Shown: positions 49,950-58,992 of the stretch, in pieces
Numbering within the stretch: the first letter of the stretch is position 1
Layout: every line of letters starts with the position of its first letter
Source of the DNA: Acidobacteriota bacterium
Lineage (GTDB): Bacteria; Acidobacteriota; Thermoanaerobaculia; Gp7-AA8
DNA length: 64,000 nucleotides
Assembly: GCA_003223645.1 (NCBI GenBank)
Contig: QHVT01000004.1
Coordinates: forward strand, 59,334 to 123,333
Direction of reading: 5' to 3'
The notes under the pieces: generated by a model
Databases searched by the model: none
The model's input: the letters and a program-made list of their open reading frames with translations, nothing else
What the model was told of the DNA's origin: nothing
Position numbers and translations under genes: made by a program

Positions 49950-50510
49950 CTACACGAACAACGTCAACCGCGGCACCCCGAATCTCTCGCGCACCAGTCT
50001 CCGCAGATGCGCCTCTTCGGCGCGCGCGTTTCCGGCCGCGGCGCTCGCGGCTTCGGCGCGAATGTCGTCGGTCGCGAGCGACCGCGCGAGCTCGTGTTCG
50101 AGCTCGATCAATCCTTCCTCGATGCGCGCGACGCTGCGCTCCCGCGCGAGCTCGCGCACGCGCGGCGCAAACGACGGCGCGCTCGTCTCGAGCAAAGCGG
50201 CAAGTTCGTTGAGTGCCGGCTCCGCCCCTTCTTCCGGCACTGCCTCGTTCGCGCCAACCTGCAGCTCGCGCCGCTCCTTCCAGAGCTCCGTTACCGCATG
50301 CTTGCAGTAACTGAGGCTGTTCACCCTCTTCTGCCGCTCGGCCGCCTTCTCGAAGACCGAGTCGATCGCCTCGATCACGACAGGAAGCGGGATCGCGTCT
50401 TCGGCCCACTTCTTCATCAGCGCCCAGTCCTTCGCATTGAGCACGAAGGGCGTTCCACGCCGCAAAGCGAAGTGCGATTCGATCTCCTGAAAATACTCCA
50501 CGGCAGCCAT
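49950..50510 (-). CDS. Hypothetical protein (186 aa), unknown function
   Basis: Clean ORF divergent from the FHA gene; acidic helical C-terminus. No family recognised. Confidence 0.5.
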   Translation of the reverse strand: MAAVEYFQEIESHFALRRGTPFVLNAKDWALMKKWAEDAIPLPVVIEAIDSVFEKAAERQKRVNSLSYCKHAVTELWKERRELQVGANEAVPEEGAEPALNELAALLETSAPSFAPRVRELARERSVARIEEGLIELEHELARSLATDDIRAEAASAAAGNARAEEAHLRRLVRERFGVPRLTLFV

Positions 50511-50559
50511 TAGCGATCTAATTTACAATTCTCCGCCTCAACGCTCTCGGAGCCCTAGC

Positions 50560-52191
50560 ATGGAATCGGTCCCGCCTCGCGCGGAAGTCACTGTCTACTC
50601 GCCGCTGTTCTCGCCCTTTCGTCACACGCTCGACGGGAGTGCCGTGTCCATCGGAAGGGCATCCGACTGCTCGATTCCCATCAAGGATCGTTACCTCTCG
50701 CGCAAACACGCCGAGATCATCGCCGTCGGCGCGGCGTGGGTCCTCAAGGACCTCGGCAGCGCGAACGGCACGTACCTCAACGGCACGCGCGTCGAACGCG
50801 ACGAAGCGCTGAAGCCCGGCGACCGCATCCGCCTCGGCGACACCGAGATCGTCTTCGAGGCGACGGAGCGCAACACCGATCGCTTCATCGCCGTCGCCGA
50901 GTCGAAAGCCAGCGCCACGATCGCGATCCCCGTTCACGAGATCACCGACCGTCCCGAAGCCGTCGACATCGCGCGCCTGCAGACGCTCACGCTCCTCGCG
51001 CGCGAGCTGATCGAAGACCGCCCGATGGACGAGCTGTTCGGCTTCATCGTCGAGCGCGTGATGGAGCATTTGCATCCCTCGAGAGCGGCGATCGCGCTGC
51101 TTGCGTCGGACGGAAAGTCGTTCACCAAAGTCGAAGTGCGGCGGCAGGACAAGAACGACTCCAGCGAGCTGACGATCAGCCACACGCTCCTGGCCGACAT
51201 CGTCGAAGAGAAAAAAGCGCTCGCGTTCATGGACATCAGCGCGGACGACAAACTGAGCCGCGCGCAGTCGATCATCATGCAGGGCATCCACTCGATTCTC
51301 TGTGCACCGCTGATGATCGGCAACGCCGTGGTCGGCGTGCTGTATGTCGACTACCTCTTCACGCAGCGCTCGATCACCGAAGACGACGTGCGCCTCGTCG
51401 CGCAGATCGGACGCTTCGCCGCCATCAAGCTCGAGACGACGCGTCTCCGCGAAGACGCGATCCAGAAACGCATCATGGACGAGGAGCTGAAGACCGCGTC
51501 AAACATCCAGCGCCGGCTCCTTCCCGCCGCGCCGAGCGCGATTGCCGGCTACACGTTCGTCGGCCGCAACCAGCCGAGCCGCGTCGTCAGCGGCGACTAC
51601 TACGACTTTGCCGTCCGTCCGAACGGCAAGGTCTACTTCGTCATCGGCGACGTGAGCGGGAAAGGCGTGACCGCAGGAATCATGATGGCCGGCCTCCAGG
51701 TCGCATTCCGCATCTTCTCGAAGACCGATCCCGATCCGGCCACGCTGGTGACGCAGCTCAATCTCGCGCTCAAAGAGAATCTCCCGCAGTCGAAATTCGT
51801 CACGCTCTTCCTCGGACGCCTCGACACCACGACCGGCGTGATCGAGTACGTCAACGCCGGCCACACACCGCCGCTCTGGCTGCACAAACGCGGCGTCACG
51901 GAGTTGACGGAAAGCGATCTCCTCCTCGGCGTCGTCACGCGCGCCGAGTTCGTGAACCGCAAACTGCAGCTCGATGCCGGCGACTCGCTCATCCTCTTCA
52001 CCGACGGCGTGAGCGAAGCGCGCAACGCCGCCGACGCCGACCTCGGATCGAATCTCCCGCTCGGCTCGATGCACGGAGCCAGCGCGGAGCTCATCGCGCG
52101 CGCCGTCAACGAAGCCGTGATCGCGCACGTCGGCGCCGCAGAAAATCTCGAGGACGACGTCACGGTCGTCATCGTCAGCCGCTCCGCGTAG
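50560..52191 (+). CDS. FHA-GAF-PP2C (SpoIIE/RsbU-type) serine/threonine phosphatase
   Basis: N-terminal FHA (SIGRASDCSIPIKDRYLSRKHAEI...GSANGTYLNG), central GAF, C-terminal PP2C (SGDYYDF...FVIGDVSGKG...LFTDG). Confidence 0.85.
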   Translation: MESVPPRAEVTVYSPLFSPFRHTLDGSAVSIGRASDCSIPIKDRYLSRKHAEIIAVGAAWVLKDLGSANGTYLNGTRVERDEALKPGDRIRLGDTEIVFEATERNTDRFIAVAESKASATIAIPVHEITDRPEAVDIARLQTLTLLARELIEDRPMDELFGFIVERVMEHLHPSRAAIALLASDGKSFTKVEVRRQDKNDSSELTISHTLLADIVEEKKALAFMDISADDKLSRAQSIIMQGIHSILCAPLMIGNAVVGVLYVDYLFTQRSITEDDVRLVAQIGRFAAIKLETTRLREDAIQKRIMDEELKTASNIQRRLLPAAPSAIAGYTFVGRNQPSRVVSGDYYDFAVRPNGKVYFVIGDVSGKGVTAGIMMAGLQVAFRIFSKTDPDPATLVTQLNLALKENLPQSKFVTLFLGRLDTTTGVIEYVNAGHTPPLWLHKRGVTELTESDLLLGVVTRAEFVNRKLQLDAGDSLILFTDGVSEARNAADADLGSNLPLGSMHGASAELIARAVNEAVIAHVGAAENLEDDVTVVIVSRSA

Positions 52192-52192
52192 G

Positions 52193-52290
52193 ACTTTTAG
52201 GACGAATAGGACATCTAGGACAGATAGGATGTCCTAGAAGTCCTATTCGTCCTATTCGTCCTATTCGTCCTACCTGTCCTACCCCGCCTT
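52193..52290. repeat. Hairpin with (ATAGGAC)n / (GTCCTAT)n arms; second member of this family
   Basis: ggacttttaggacgaataggacatctaggacagataggatgtcctagaagtcctattcgtcctattcgtcctattcgtcctacctgtcctacc. Confidence 0.9.
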
Positions 52291-52327
52291 CATCAATTCT
52301 TCATCGCCGCTCCCTACATTGCGCCGC

Positions 52328-53701
52328 ATGAAAATTCGACTTCTTCTTTTCTCACTTCTCATCGCGACCGCGGCGCTCGCGCAGGTGCCGGGCGAAGAGC
52401 GCGCGCTCGGGTGGTTCCGCGCGTTCAACAGCGGCGACGCTCAGCAGATGGAAGCGTTCGTTCACGAGAATTACACCGCCGAGGCACAGCAGCGGATGAC
52501 CAGCGATGCGCGCAAAGAACGCTTCGAGCAGCTGCGTGCGACGCACGGAAAGTTGCGGCCGGTGAATGTGCTCGCGAGTCCGGACGGATTACAGATCGAA
52601 GCGGAATCGGACAAAGGCGAGCGCTTGTCCTTCCGCTTCACGATTGAGCCAACGTCGCATCTCATCGTCGGGGTCGGCATTCAGATCGGCGGACCTGCGA
52701 ACGGCGAAGACCGCGGACCGAAGCTCGCGCCGCTGTCGATCGCGAGAGACGCAACGCGCGAACAAGTCGCGAAAACGGTCGACGCCTACGTTCGCGACCT
52801 CGCGTCGCGCGACGAATTCTCCGGCAGCGTGCTCGTCGCGAAGAATGGCGACGTGCTCTTCGAGAACGCGTACGGACTCGCCAGCCGCCGCTACAACGTG
52901 CCGAACAAAATCACCACGCGCTTCAACGTCGGCTCGATCACGAAAGACTTCACGCGGCTCGCCATCGCGCAGCTCGCGCAGGCCGGCAAGTTGAAAGTCG
53001 ACGCGCCGGTGATCACGTACCTCCCCGACTATCCGAACAAAGAGTGGGCGCAGAAGGCCACGGTCGATCAGCTCGTGAAGCACACGTCCGGCCTCGGCGA
53101 CGTGTTCACGAAGCGCTTCTGGGACACGAACACGATGCGCTTCCGTACTCCGAAAGACTTCATCGACTTCTTCGCAGGCGATCCGCTGCAGTTCGAGCCC
53201 GGCAAGGGCCAGCGCTATTCGAACTACGGTTACGTCGTCCTCGGCGCGATCATCGAGGCCGTCTCCGGCGAAAACTATTACGACTACATTCAGAAGCACG
53301 TCTTCGACGCCGTCCCGATGCGCGCCTCCGGCTTCCTCGAATATCGCAAGCCGAACCCCGACGTTGCGCTCGGCCACACGCGCGATGACAACTCGAAGCA
53401 GTGGCTCGAGACGCGCTCGCAGTTCGAGCGCGGCATTCCGGCCGGATCGAGCTTCGCCACCGCGCGCGATCTCATGCTCTTCGATCGCGCGATGCGCGCG
53501 GGCAAGCTCGTCAACGACGCCGGCACGCGCTGGTACTACGGCGGATCACAGGACGGCGAAGACATCGCCGCCGGCGGCTCACCCGGTTGCAACGCCGGCG
53601 TCGCCAGCGGCGGCGCGTGGACCGTCGTCGTCCTCGCCAACATCGATCCGCCGATCGCCGAGAACCTCGCCGAGCACGTCTACAAAGCGCTCACTCGCTG
53701 A
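52328..53701 (+). CDS. Beta-lactamase/transpeptidase-fold serine hydrolase (class-C/esterase-like) with N-terminal extra domain and signal peptide
   Basis: Signal MKIRLLLFSLLIATAALAQ. SxxK at FNVGSITK, YxN-like and later motifs consistent with the AmpC/esterase family. Confidence 0.8.
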   Translation: MKIRLLLFSLLIATAALAQVPGEERALGWFRAFNSGDAQQMEAFVHENYTAEAQQRMTSDARKERFEQLRATHGKLRPVNVLASPDGLQIEAESDKGERLSFRFTIEPTSHLIVGVGIQIGGPANGEDRGPKLAPLSIARDATREQVAKTVDAYVRDLASRDEFSGSVLVAKNGDVLFENAYGLASRRYNVPNKITTRFNVGSITKDFTRLAIAQLAQAGKLKVDAPVITYLPDYPNKEWAQKATVDQLVKHTSGLGDVFTKRFWDTNTMRFRTPKDFIDFFAGDPLQFEPGKGQRYSNYGYVVLGAIIEAVSGENYYDYIQKHVFDAVPMRASGFLEYRKPNPDVALGHTRDDNSKQWLETRSQFERGIPAGSSFATARDLMLFDRAMRAGKLVNDAGTRWYYGGSQDGEDIAAGGSPGCNAGVASGGAWTVVVLANIDPPIAENLAEHVYKALTR

Positions 53702-54062
53702 TGCCTTCTTCGTCAAGCCACGCGCGGATCGCGCGCGTGGCTTGATCGTTCTTGAAGTTGAAGAACTTCTTCTGCACGTAAATGTCCTCGGAGAGCTTCG
53801 CGCGAAATCCCTGCGGCTCGTCGATGAGCTGCGCGAGCTGATCTCGCAGCGGCGACCGGGCGTCCATTCGCTCGACGAACAGCCGCCGATCCTCCGCTTC
53901 GCTCTCCGGCGTGCGCGCCGGAACCCGCCGGAATCGCGATGGATCACCGGGCGGATCGTCATCGAGCGGGACGTCGAGAATTTCGCCGGTCTCGAGGTCG
54001 AGGTAATGCGCCAGCGCAACGCCGAGGTACGCGACTTGAAGGCCGTCGAGGTCCAGGCTCAT
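53691..54062 (-). CDS. Hypothetical protein (124 aa)
   Basis: ATG at ~54062 at the edge of a hairpin repeat; the rest of the listed ORF upstream is repeat-derived. No family recognised. Confidence 0.4.
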   Translation of the reverse strand: MSLDLDGLQVAYLGVALAHYLDLETGEILDVPLDDDPPGDPSRFRRVPARTPESEAEDRRLFVERMDARSPLRDQLAQLIDEPQGFRAKLSEDIYVQKKFFNFKNDQATRAIRAWLDEEGISE

Positions 54063-54124
54063 GGGCTCATAGTCGCATAGGCTCATAGAAACTATGCGCC
54101 CGTGAGCCTGTGAGCCCATGCGCC
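54063..54124. repeat. Hairpin with GGCTCATAG-type repeat arms
   Basis: gggctcatagtcgcataggctcatagaaactatgcgcccgtgagcctgtgagccc, in the divergent region before murQ. Confidence 0.8.
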
Positions 54125-54148
54125 CTGTGGGTGATATCTTCGGTGACG

Positions 54149-55009
54149 ATGTCCCGCCTTGAATCGAGTCTCGACATCGATCGCGCATCCGCGCGCCAAA
54201 TCGTGCGCATCATTCAGGAACAGGACGCTCTCGTCGCGTCCGCGGTCGCGACGCAGGCGGATCGGATCGCGCACGCCATCGATCAGATTGTTGAACGCAT
54301 GCAGCACGGCGGACGCTTGTTTTACGCGGGCGCGGGGACGAGCGGCCGCATCGCGATGCTCGACGCGTCGGAGATTCCGCCGACGTACGGCGTCGATCGA
54401 TCGCTCGTGCGCGTGATCATGGCCGGCGGCGAGCGCGCATTTTTCGAAGCGGTTGAAGGAGCCGAGGATGATGAAGACGCGGCGATCGAGATCGTCACGC
54501 GCGAAGTGACGGCGGACGACGCGATCGTTGGCGTCGCTGCATCCGGCACGACGCCGTTCACGGTCGCGGCGGTGCGCAAGGCGAACATGCTCGGCGCGCT
54601 CACGATCGGACTCACGTCGATCGCCAACACGCCGCTCGCGCGCGACGTCGATATCCCGATCGTCGTCGATGTCGGACCCGAAGTAATCATGGGATCATCG
54701 CGAATGAAAAGCGGCACCGCCCAGAAAATGGTGCTGAACACGATCTCGACCGGAGTCATGATCCGCTACGGTCGCGTCTATTCGAATCTGATGATCGACA
54801 TGCCGGCAACGAACGAGAAGCTGCGCGCGCGCGCCGTCACGATGGTCGAGCTCGCGGCCGGAGTATCGCGTCCGGCAGCGGTGCAGGCGATTCGCGAGGC
54901 GGACGGCGACGTGCGGCTGGCGAGCGTGATCGCGAAGAAACGCGTCAGCGCCAGCGAAGCGCGGGAGCTGCTCGAACGAAACGAACTGCGGGAGGTTCTG
55001 GAGTCGTGA
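54149..55009 (+). CDS. murQ: N-acetylmuramic acid 6-phosphate etherase
   Basis: SIS-domain protein with GAGTSGR and the MurQ catalytic Glu region (EIVTREVTADD); ~285 aa. Confidence 0.85.
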   Translation: MSRLESSLDIDRASARQIVRIIQEQDALVASAVATQADRIAHAIDQIVERMQHGGRLFYAGAGTSGRIAMLDASEIPPTYGVDRSLVRVIMAGGERAFFEAVEGAEDDEDAAIEIVTREVTADDAIVGVAASGTTPFTVAAVRKANMLGALTIGLTSIANTPLARDVDIPIVVDVGPEVIMGSSRMKSGTAQKMVLNTISTGVMIRYGRVYSNLMIDMPATNEKLRARAVTMVELAAGVSRPAAVQAIREADGDVRLASVIAKKRVSASEARELLERNELREVLES

Positions 55010-56199
55010 ACCGCCTCGAGCGGCTGATCGCAATCGCGCGGAAGAAGGAGCGAGTGATCGTCGGCCTGATGTCCGGCACATCGGTCGACGCGATCGACGC
55101 CGTGCTCGTGCGCATCGCCGGCGACGGCCACAGCAAAGCAGTCATGGAGAAGCTGCGCTTCGACAGCTTCCCGTTTCCCGACGATATCCGCACGCGCATC
55201 AAGACGCTGTTCGATCCGAAGAAGGCGAACATCGACGAGATCTGCACGCTCGACTTCATCGTCGGCGAGATGTTCGCGGTGGCGGTGAACCGCATCATTG
55301 CCGATGCGGGGATGAAGAACGAGGAGGTCGACTTGATCGCGGCGCCGGGACAGACGATCTGGCACCATCCGCGGCCGGCCACGTTTCAATGGCAGGACCA
55401 GAGCATCGCCACGCGCGGCACGCTCGCGATCGGACAATCCGCCGTCATTGCCGAGCGCACCGGCATCACCACCATTGGCGACCTCCGCGTGCGTGACATC
55501 GCCGCAGGCGGACACGGCGCTCCGCTCGTCGCGTACTTCGACTGGGCACAGCTCCGGCATCCCAAACGATCGCGCTGCATGCAGAACATCGGCGGGATCG
55601 CGAACGTAACGCACGTCCCGCCGCGCGCGACGCTCAACGACGTGGCAGCGTTCGATACCGGGCCCGGAAACATGGTCATCGACGAACTGGTTTTCATCCT
55701 TTCCGATGCGCAGGAGTCGTACGATCGTGACGGCGAGCGCGCCGCGCGCGGCAGCGTGCGCGAGGACGTGCTCGCGTGGGGACTCAGCGAGCCGTACTTC
55801 GATCTCGATCCGCCGAAGACGACCGGACGCGAGCGATTCGGACGGCAGTACGCGCGGCGGATGATCGAGAAGTTTCCCGACGCCGCGCCGGATGATCTCG
55901 TCGCGACCGCGACCGCGCTGACCATCGAGTCGATCGCGCGCGCGTACGAACGCTGGATTTTTCCGAACGGCAACGTCGACGACGTGATCATCGCCGGCGG
56001 CGGCGCGAAAAATCCGACGCTGCTGCGGATGATGCGCGAGCGCCTGCCGCAGTGCGCGATCGAAGTCTACGAACACCTCGAGGCGAAAGAAGCGATGGCG
56101 ATGGCGCTCATCGCCAACGACTCGCTCCTCGGCCTCACCACGAACGTCGCCAGCGCCACCGGCGCGCAGCCGACGATCCTCGGCAAGATTTCGCTATGA
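55006..56199 (+). CDS. anmK: Anhydro-N-acetylmuramic acid kinase
   Basis: GLMSGTSVD, DTGPGN and the full-length AnmK fold (~397 aa). GTGA overlap with murQ. Confidence 0.9.
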   Translation: MNRLERLIAIARKKERVIVGLMSGTSVDAIDAVLVRIAGDGHSKAVMEKLRFDSFPFPDDIRTRIKTLFDPKKANIDEICTLDFIVGEMFAVAVNRIIADAGMKNEEVDLIAAPGQTIWHHPRPATFQWQDQSIATRGTLAIGQSAVIAERTGITTIGDLRVRDIAAGGHGAPLVAYFDWAQLRHPKRSRCMQNIGGIANVTHVPPRATLNDVAAFDTGPGNMVIDELVFILSDAQESYDRDGERAARGSVREDVLAWGLSEPYFDLDPPKTTGRERFGRQYARRMIEKFPDAAPDDLVATATALTIESIARAYERWIFPNGNVDDVIIAGGGAKNPTLLRMMRERLPQCAIEVYEHLEAKEAMAMALIANDSLLGLTTNVASATGAQPTILGKISL

Positions 56200-57323
56200 A
56201 GCATCTTTACGGACGCGCCTTCGTCGACGGCGCGGTTCGCGACGACATCCTCGTGCGGTACGAACACGGCGTGCTCGTCGACGTCGTGCAGACGCTACGT
56301 GTGCCGGCGGACGCGGAGCGCGTCGACGGACTGCTCGTTCCCGGCTTCATTGACGTGCACGTGCATGGCGGCGACGGCGCGGATTTCATGGACGCGCACG
56401 GCGAGTCGACGTCGCGTGTTATCGCGTTTCACGCGCGCCACGGCACGACCGCACTCGCGGCGACGACGTTGTCGGCATCGCGCGGCGATTTGCAGAACGC
56501 CGTCGAAGCGATCGCGCGCGGGTCGGTCGAGGACGGCGCGGAGATCGTGGCGATTCATCTCGAAGGACCGTTCATCAGTCCCGATCGCGCCGGCGCGCAG
56601 GACCGCCAGTCGATTCGCGGAGCGGACATTCACGAGTTGTCGGCGCTCATCGCCGAGGCGCCGCGGATGCGATGGATCGTCACGCTTGCGCCGGAATGTG
56701 AAGGCGCGCAGAGACTGATCGAACATTTTCGCGAGCGCGTGCTCTTCTCGATCGGACACACGAGCGCCGATCACGCGCTCGCCGTCGCTGCGCTGGAGTG
56801 GGGCGCGCAGCACTTCACGCACCTCTACAACGCGATGACGGGATTGCATCACCGCGATCCCGGCGTCGTCGGCGCGGCGCTCACGTCCGTCGACGCGACG
56901 GCGGAGCTGATCGCGGACGGCGTGCACGTCCATCCGGCCGCGTTGCGCGTCGCGGTCGCGGCGATGCCGCATCGCATCGCGCTCATCACCGACGCGATCC
57001 GCGCATGCGGACTCGCCGACGGCACGTACAAACTCTATGACTACGACGTCACTGTCGCCGACGGCACGGCGCGGCTCGCCGACGGCACGCTGGCCGGAAG
57101 TGTGCTCACGATGGGAAACGCGGTGAAGAACATGGTCGAGCTGGCGGGGCTGCCGATCGAGACGGTGATTCCGCTGGCCACGGAAGTGCCCGCGCGGATC
57201 GCCGCGGTCGCGGATCGGAAAGGAAAGATCGAGATGCGTTACGACGCGGACCTCGTGATGCTGAGCGAGAAATTCGAAGTGGAGCGCGTGTGGGTGCGTG
57301 GCAATGAAGTGGCACACGTTTGA
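56196..57323 (+). CDS. nagA: N-acetylglucosamine-6-phosphate deacetylase
   Basis: GFIDVHVHGG, HLEGPF, amidohydrolase metal ligands. ATGA overlap with anmK. Confidence 0.9.
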   Translation: MKHLYGRAFVDGAVRDDILVRYEHGVLVDVVQTLRVPADAERVDGLLVPGFIDVHVHGGDGADFMDAHGESTSRVIAFHARHGTTALAATTLSASRGDLQNAVEAIARGSVEDGAEIVAIHLEGPFISPDRAGAQDRQSIRGADIHELSALIAEAPRMRWIVTLAPECEGAQRLIEHFRERVLFSIGHTSADHALAVAALEWGAQHFTHLYNAMTGLHHRDPGVVGAALTSVDATAELIADGVHVHPAALRVAVAAMPHRIALITDAIRACGLADGTYKLYDYDVTVADGTARLADGTLAGSVLTMGNAVKNMVELAGLPIETVIPLATEVPARIAAVADRKGKIEMRYDADLVMLSEKFEVERVWVRGNEVAHV

Positions 57324-58026
57324 TCGCGCGGACGCGCTGTCCGAACACGCCGCCGATGTTTTCCTGAAAGCGATTCAGTCGAATCCGCGCGTCGTGCTCG
57401 GATTGCCGACCGGCCGCTCGCCGATCGGGATGTACGAGCGCGTCGTCAGCCAGTGCGCGCGCGAATACCGCTGCTTCCGCGACGTCACGACGTTCAATCT
57501 CGACGAGTACGCCGGCGTGCCGCGCGAGCATCCCGGGAGTTACTGCACCTACATGAAGCAGCACCTCTTCGATCACGTCGATCTCGATCCGAAGAACACG
57601 CACATTCCGGACGGAATGGCTGACGACCTCGACGCCGAATGCGCACGCTACGAGCAGGCCATCAAGGACGCCGGCGGCCTCGATCTCACGTTTCTCGGAC
57701 TCGGCCGCAACGGACACATCGGCTTCAACGAGCCCGGCACTCCGTTCGACGCGCGCACGCGCGTCGTCGAGCTCACGCCGTCGACGCGCGCCGCGAACGC
57801 GGAGTTTTTTTCGGGCGAGGACGTGCCGTCGCGCGCGATCACGATGGGGATCGGAACGATCCTCTCGTCGCGCGCGATCGTGCTGATCGCGTCGGGCCGT
57901 GGAAAGGTCGATGCGATCGAGCGACTGCAGTCGCATCGCATCGATCGCGCGTTCCCCGCCTCGGCGCTTTGGAACCATCCGAAAGTGACGGTTCTTTGGA
58001 CTGCGGCGGCTACGCCGCCGCTTTGA
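57304..58026 (+). CDS. nagB: Glucosamine-6-phosphate deaminase
   Basis: LGLPTGRSP, LGLGRNGHIGFNEPG motifs. Confidence 0.9.
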   Translation: MKWHTFDRADALSEHAADVFLKAIQSNPRVVLGLPTGRSPIGMYERVVSQCAREYRCFRDVTTFNLDEYAGVPREHPGSYCTYMKQHLFDHVDLDPKNTHIPDGMADDLDAECARYEQAIKDAGGLDLTFLGLGRNGHIGFNEPGTPFDARTRVVELTPSTRAANAEFFSGEDVPSRAITMGIGTILSSRAIVLIASGRGKVDAIERLQSHRIDRAFPASALWNHPKVTVLWTAAATPPL

Positions 58027-58137
58027 TGACACGCGGAGTGGTACGCGCCTCCGGCGCGCCTCCCGTCCCCCCAAAGGCGCGCCGGAGGCGCGCACCACTC
58101 CAACGGTTTGAGACGGTAGCTGACGCAGGCGTGAGTT

Positions 58138-58992
58138 TTGCCCGATGAGCACGGCGTGCGCCGCCGGCTGAAGAAAATCGCTCTCGTCCTCCTCGCGATC
58201 GTCGTCCTCGGCGTCGGCTATCGCGTCATCGGCGTCTATCGCTTCAGTGCCGGCGAATGTGTCGCGCGGCCGGCGCGTCGCTTCGCCAGCACGTATCCGA
58301 GGCACCTCATCGTGATGACGTACAACATCGAAGGGCATGCATCGCTCTTCAAGCCGCATCACATCGAAGAGATCGCGGCGACGATCAACCGGCAGCATCC
58401 AGACATCGTCGGCCTCAACGAAGTGCATCGCGGAACGTGGCAGGCGCGTTTCGCCGATCACACGAAGCAGCTCGCGAAGCTCACCGGCATGAACGTCGTG
58501 TTCGGCCGCAGCTACACGTTCATGCACGGCGACTTCGGCAACGCGATTCTCACGCGCGGCAAGATCCTGCACAGCGAAGTTCACGATCTCCCCGGCTACG
58601 GCGAGCCGCGCACGATGCTCGAGGCGATCGTCGACATCAACGGCGGCCGGATCGAGTTCTATGTCGGCCACACCTCGGCGTGGGCCTCGCTGAATTCGAA
58701 AGCGCGCGGCGTGCAGCTGCAGTGCATGAATCGATTGATCAATGCCAGCGAGTATCCGTTCATCCTCACCGGCGATCTCAACGCGCCGCCCGACAGTCCG
58801 GAGATCTCGAAGTTCCTCGACGTCAACACGCTGCAGTTCGCCGGCAATCCGAAAGTGCCGTCGCACAAAGTGATGGAGCAACGCCTCGACTACATCCTTC
58901 CAGATCCCGGATGGCATGTGCTCTGGTCGCGCGTCGCCGACGAGGGACCATCCGACCACCGGCCCGTGATCGCGGAGCTGACGCATCCATGA
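58138..58992 (+). CDS. Endonuclease/exonuclease/phosphatase (EEP) family protein with N-terminal membrane anchor
   Basis: TM LKKIALVLLAIVVLGV. EEP motifs (MTYNIEG, GLNEV, TGDLNA, SDHRPV). Confidence 0.75.
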   Translation: MPDEHGVRRRLKKIALVLLAIVVLGVGYRVIGVYRFSAGECVARPARRFASTYPRHLIVMTYNIEGHASLFKPHHIEEIAATINRQHPDIVGLNEVHRGTWQARFADHTKQLAKLTGMNVVFGRSYTFMHGDFGNAILTRGKILHSEVHDLPGYGEPRTMLEAIVDINGGRIEFYVGHTSAWASLNSKARGVQLQCMNRLINASEYPFILTGDLNAPPDSPEISKFLDVNTLQFAGNPKVPSHKVMEQRLDYILPDPGWHVLWSRVADEGPSDHRPVIAELTHP

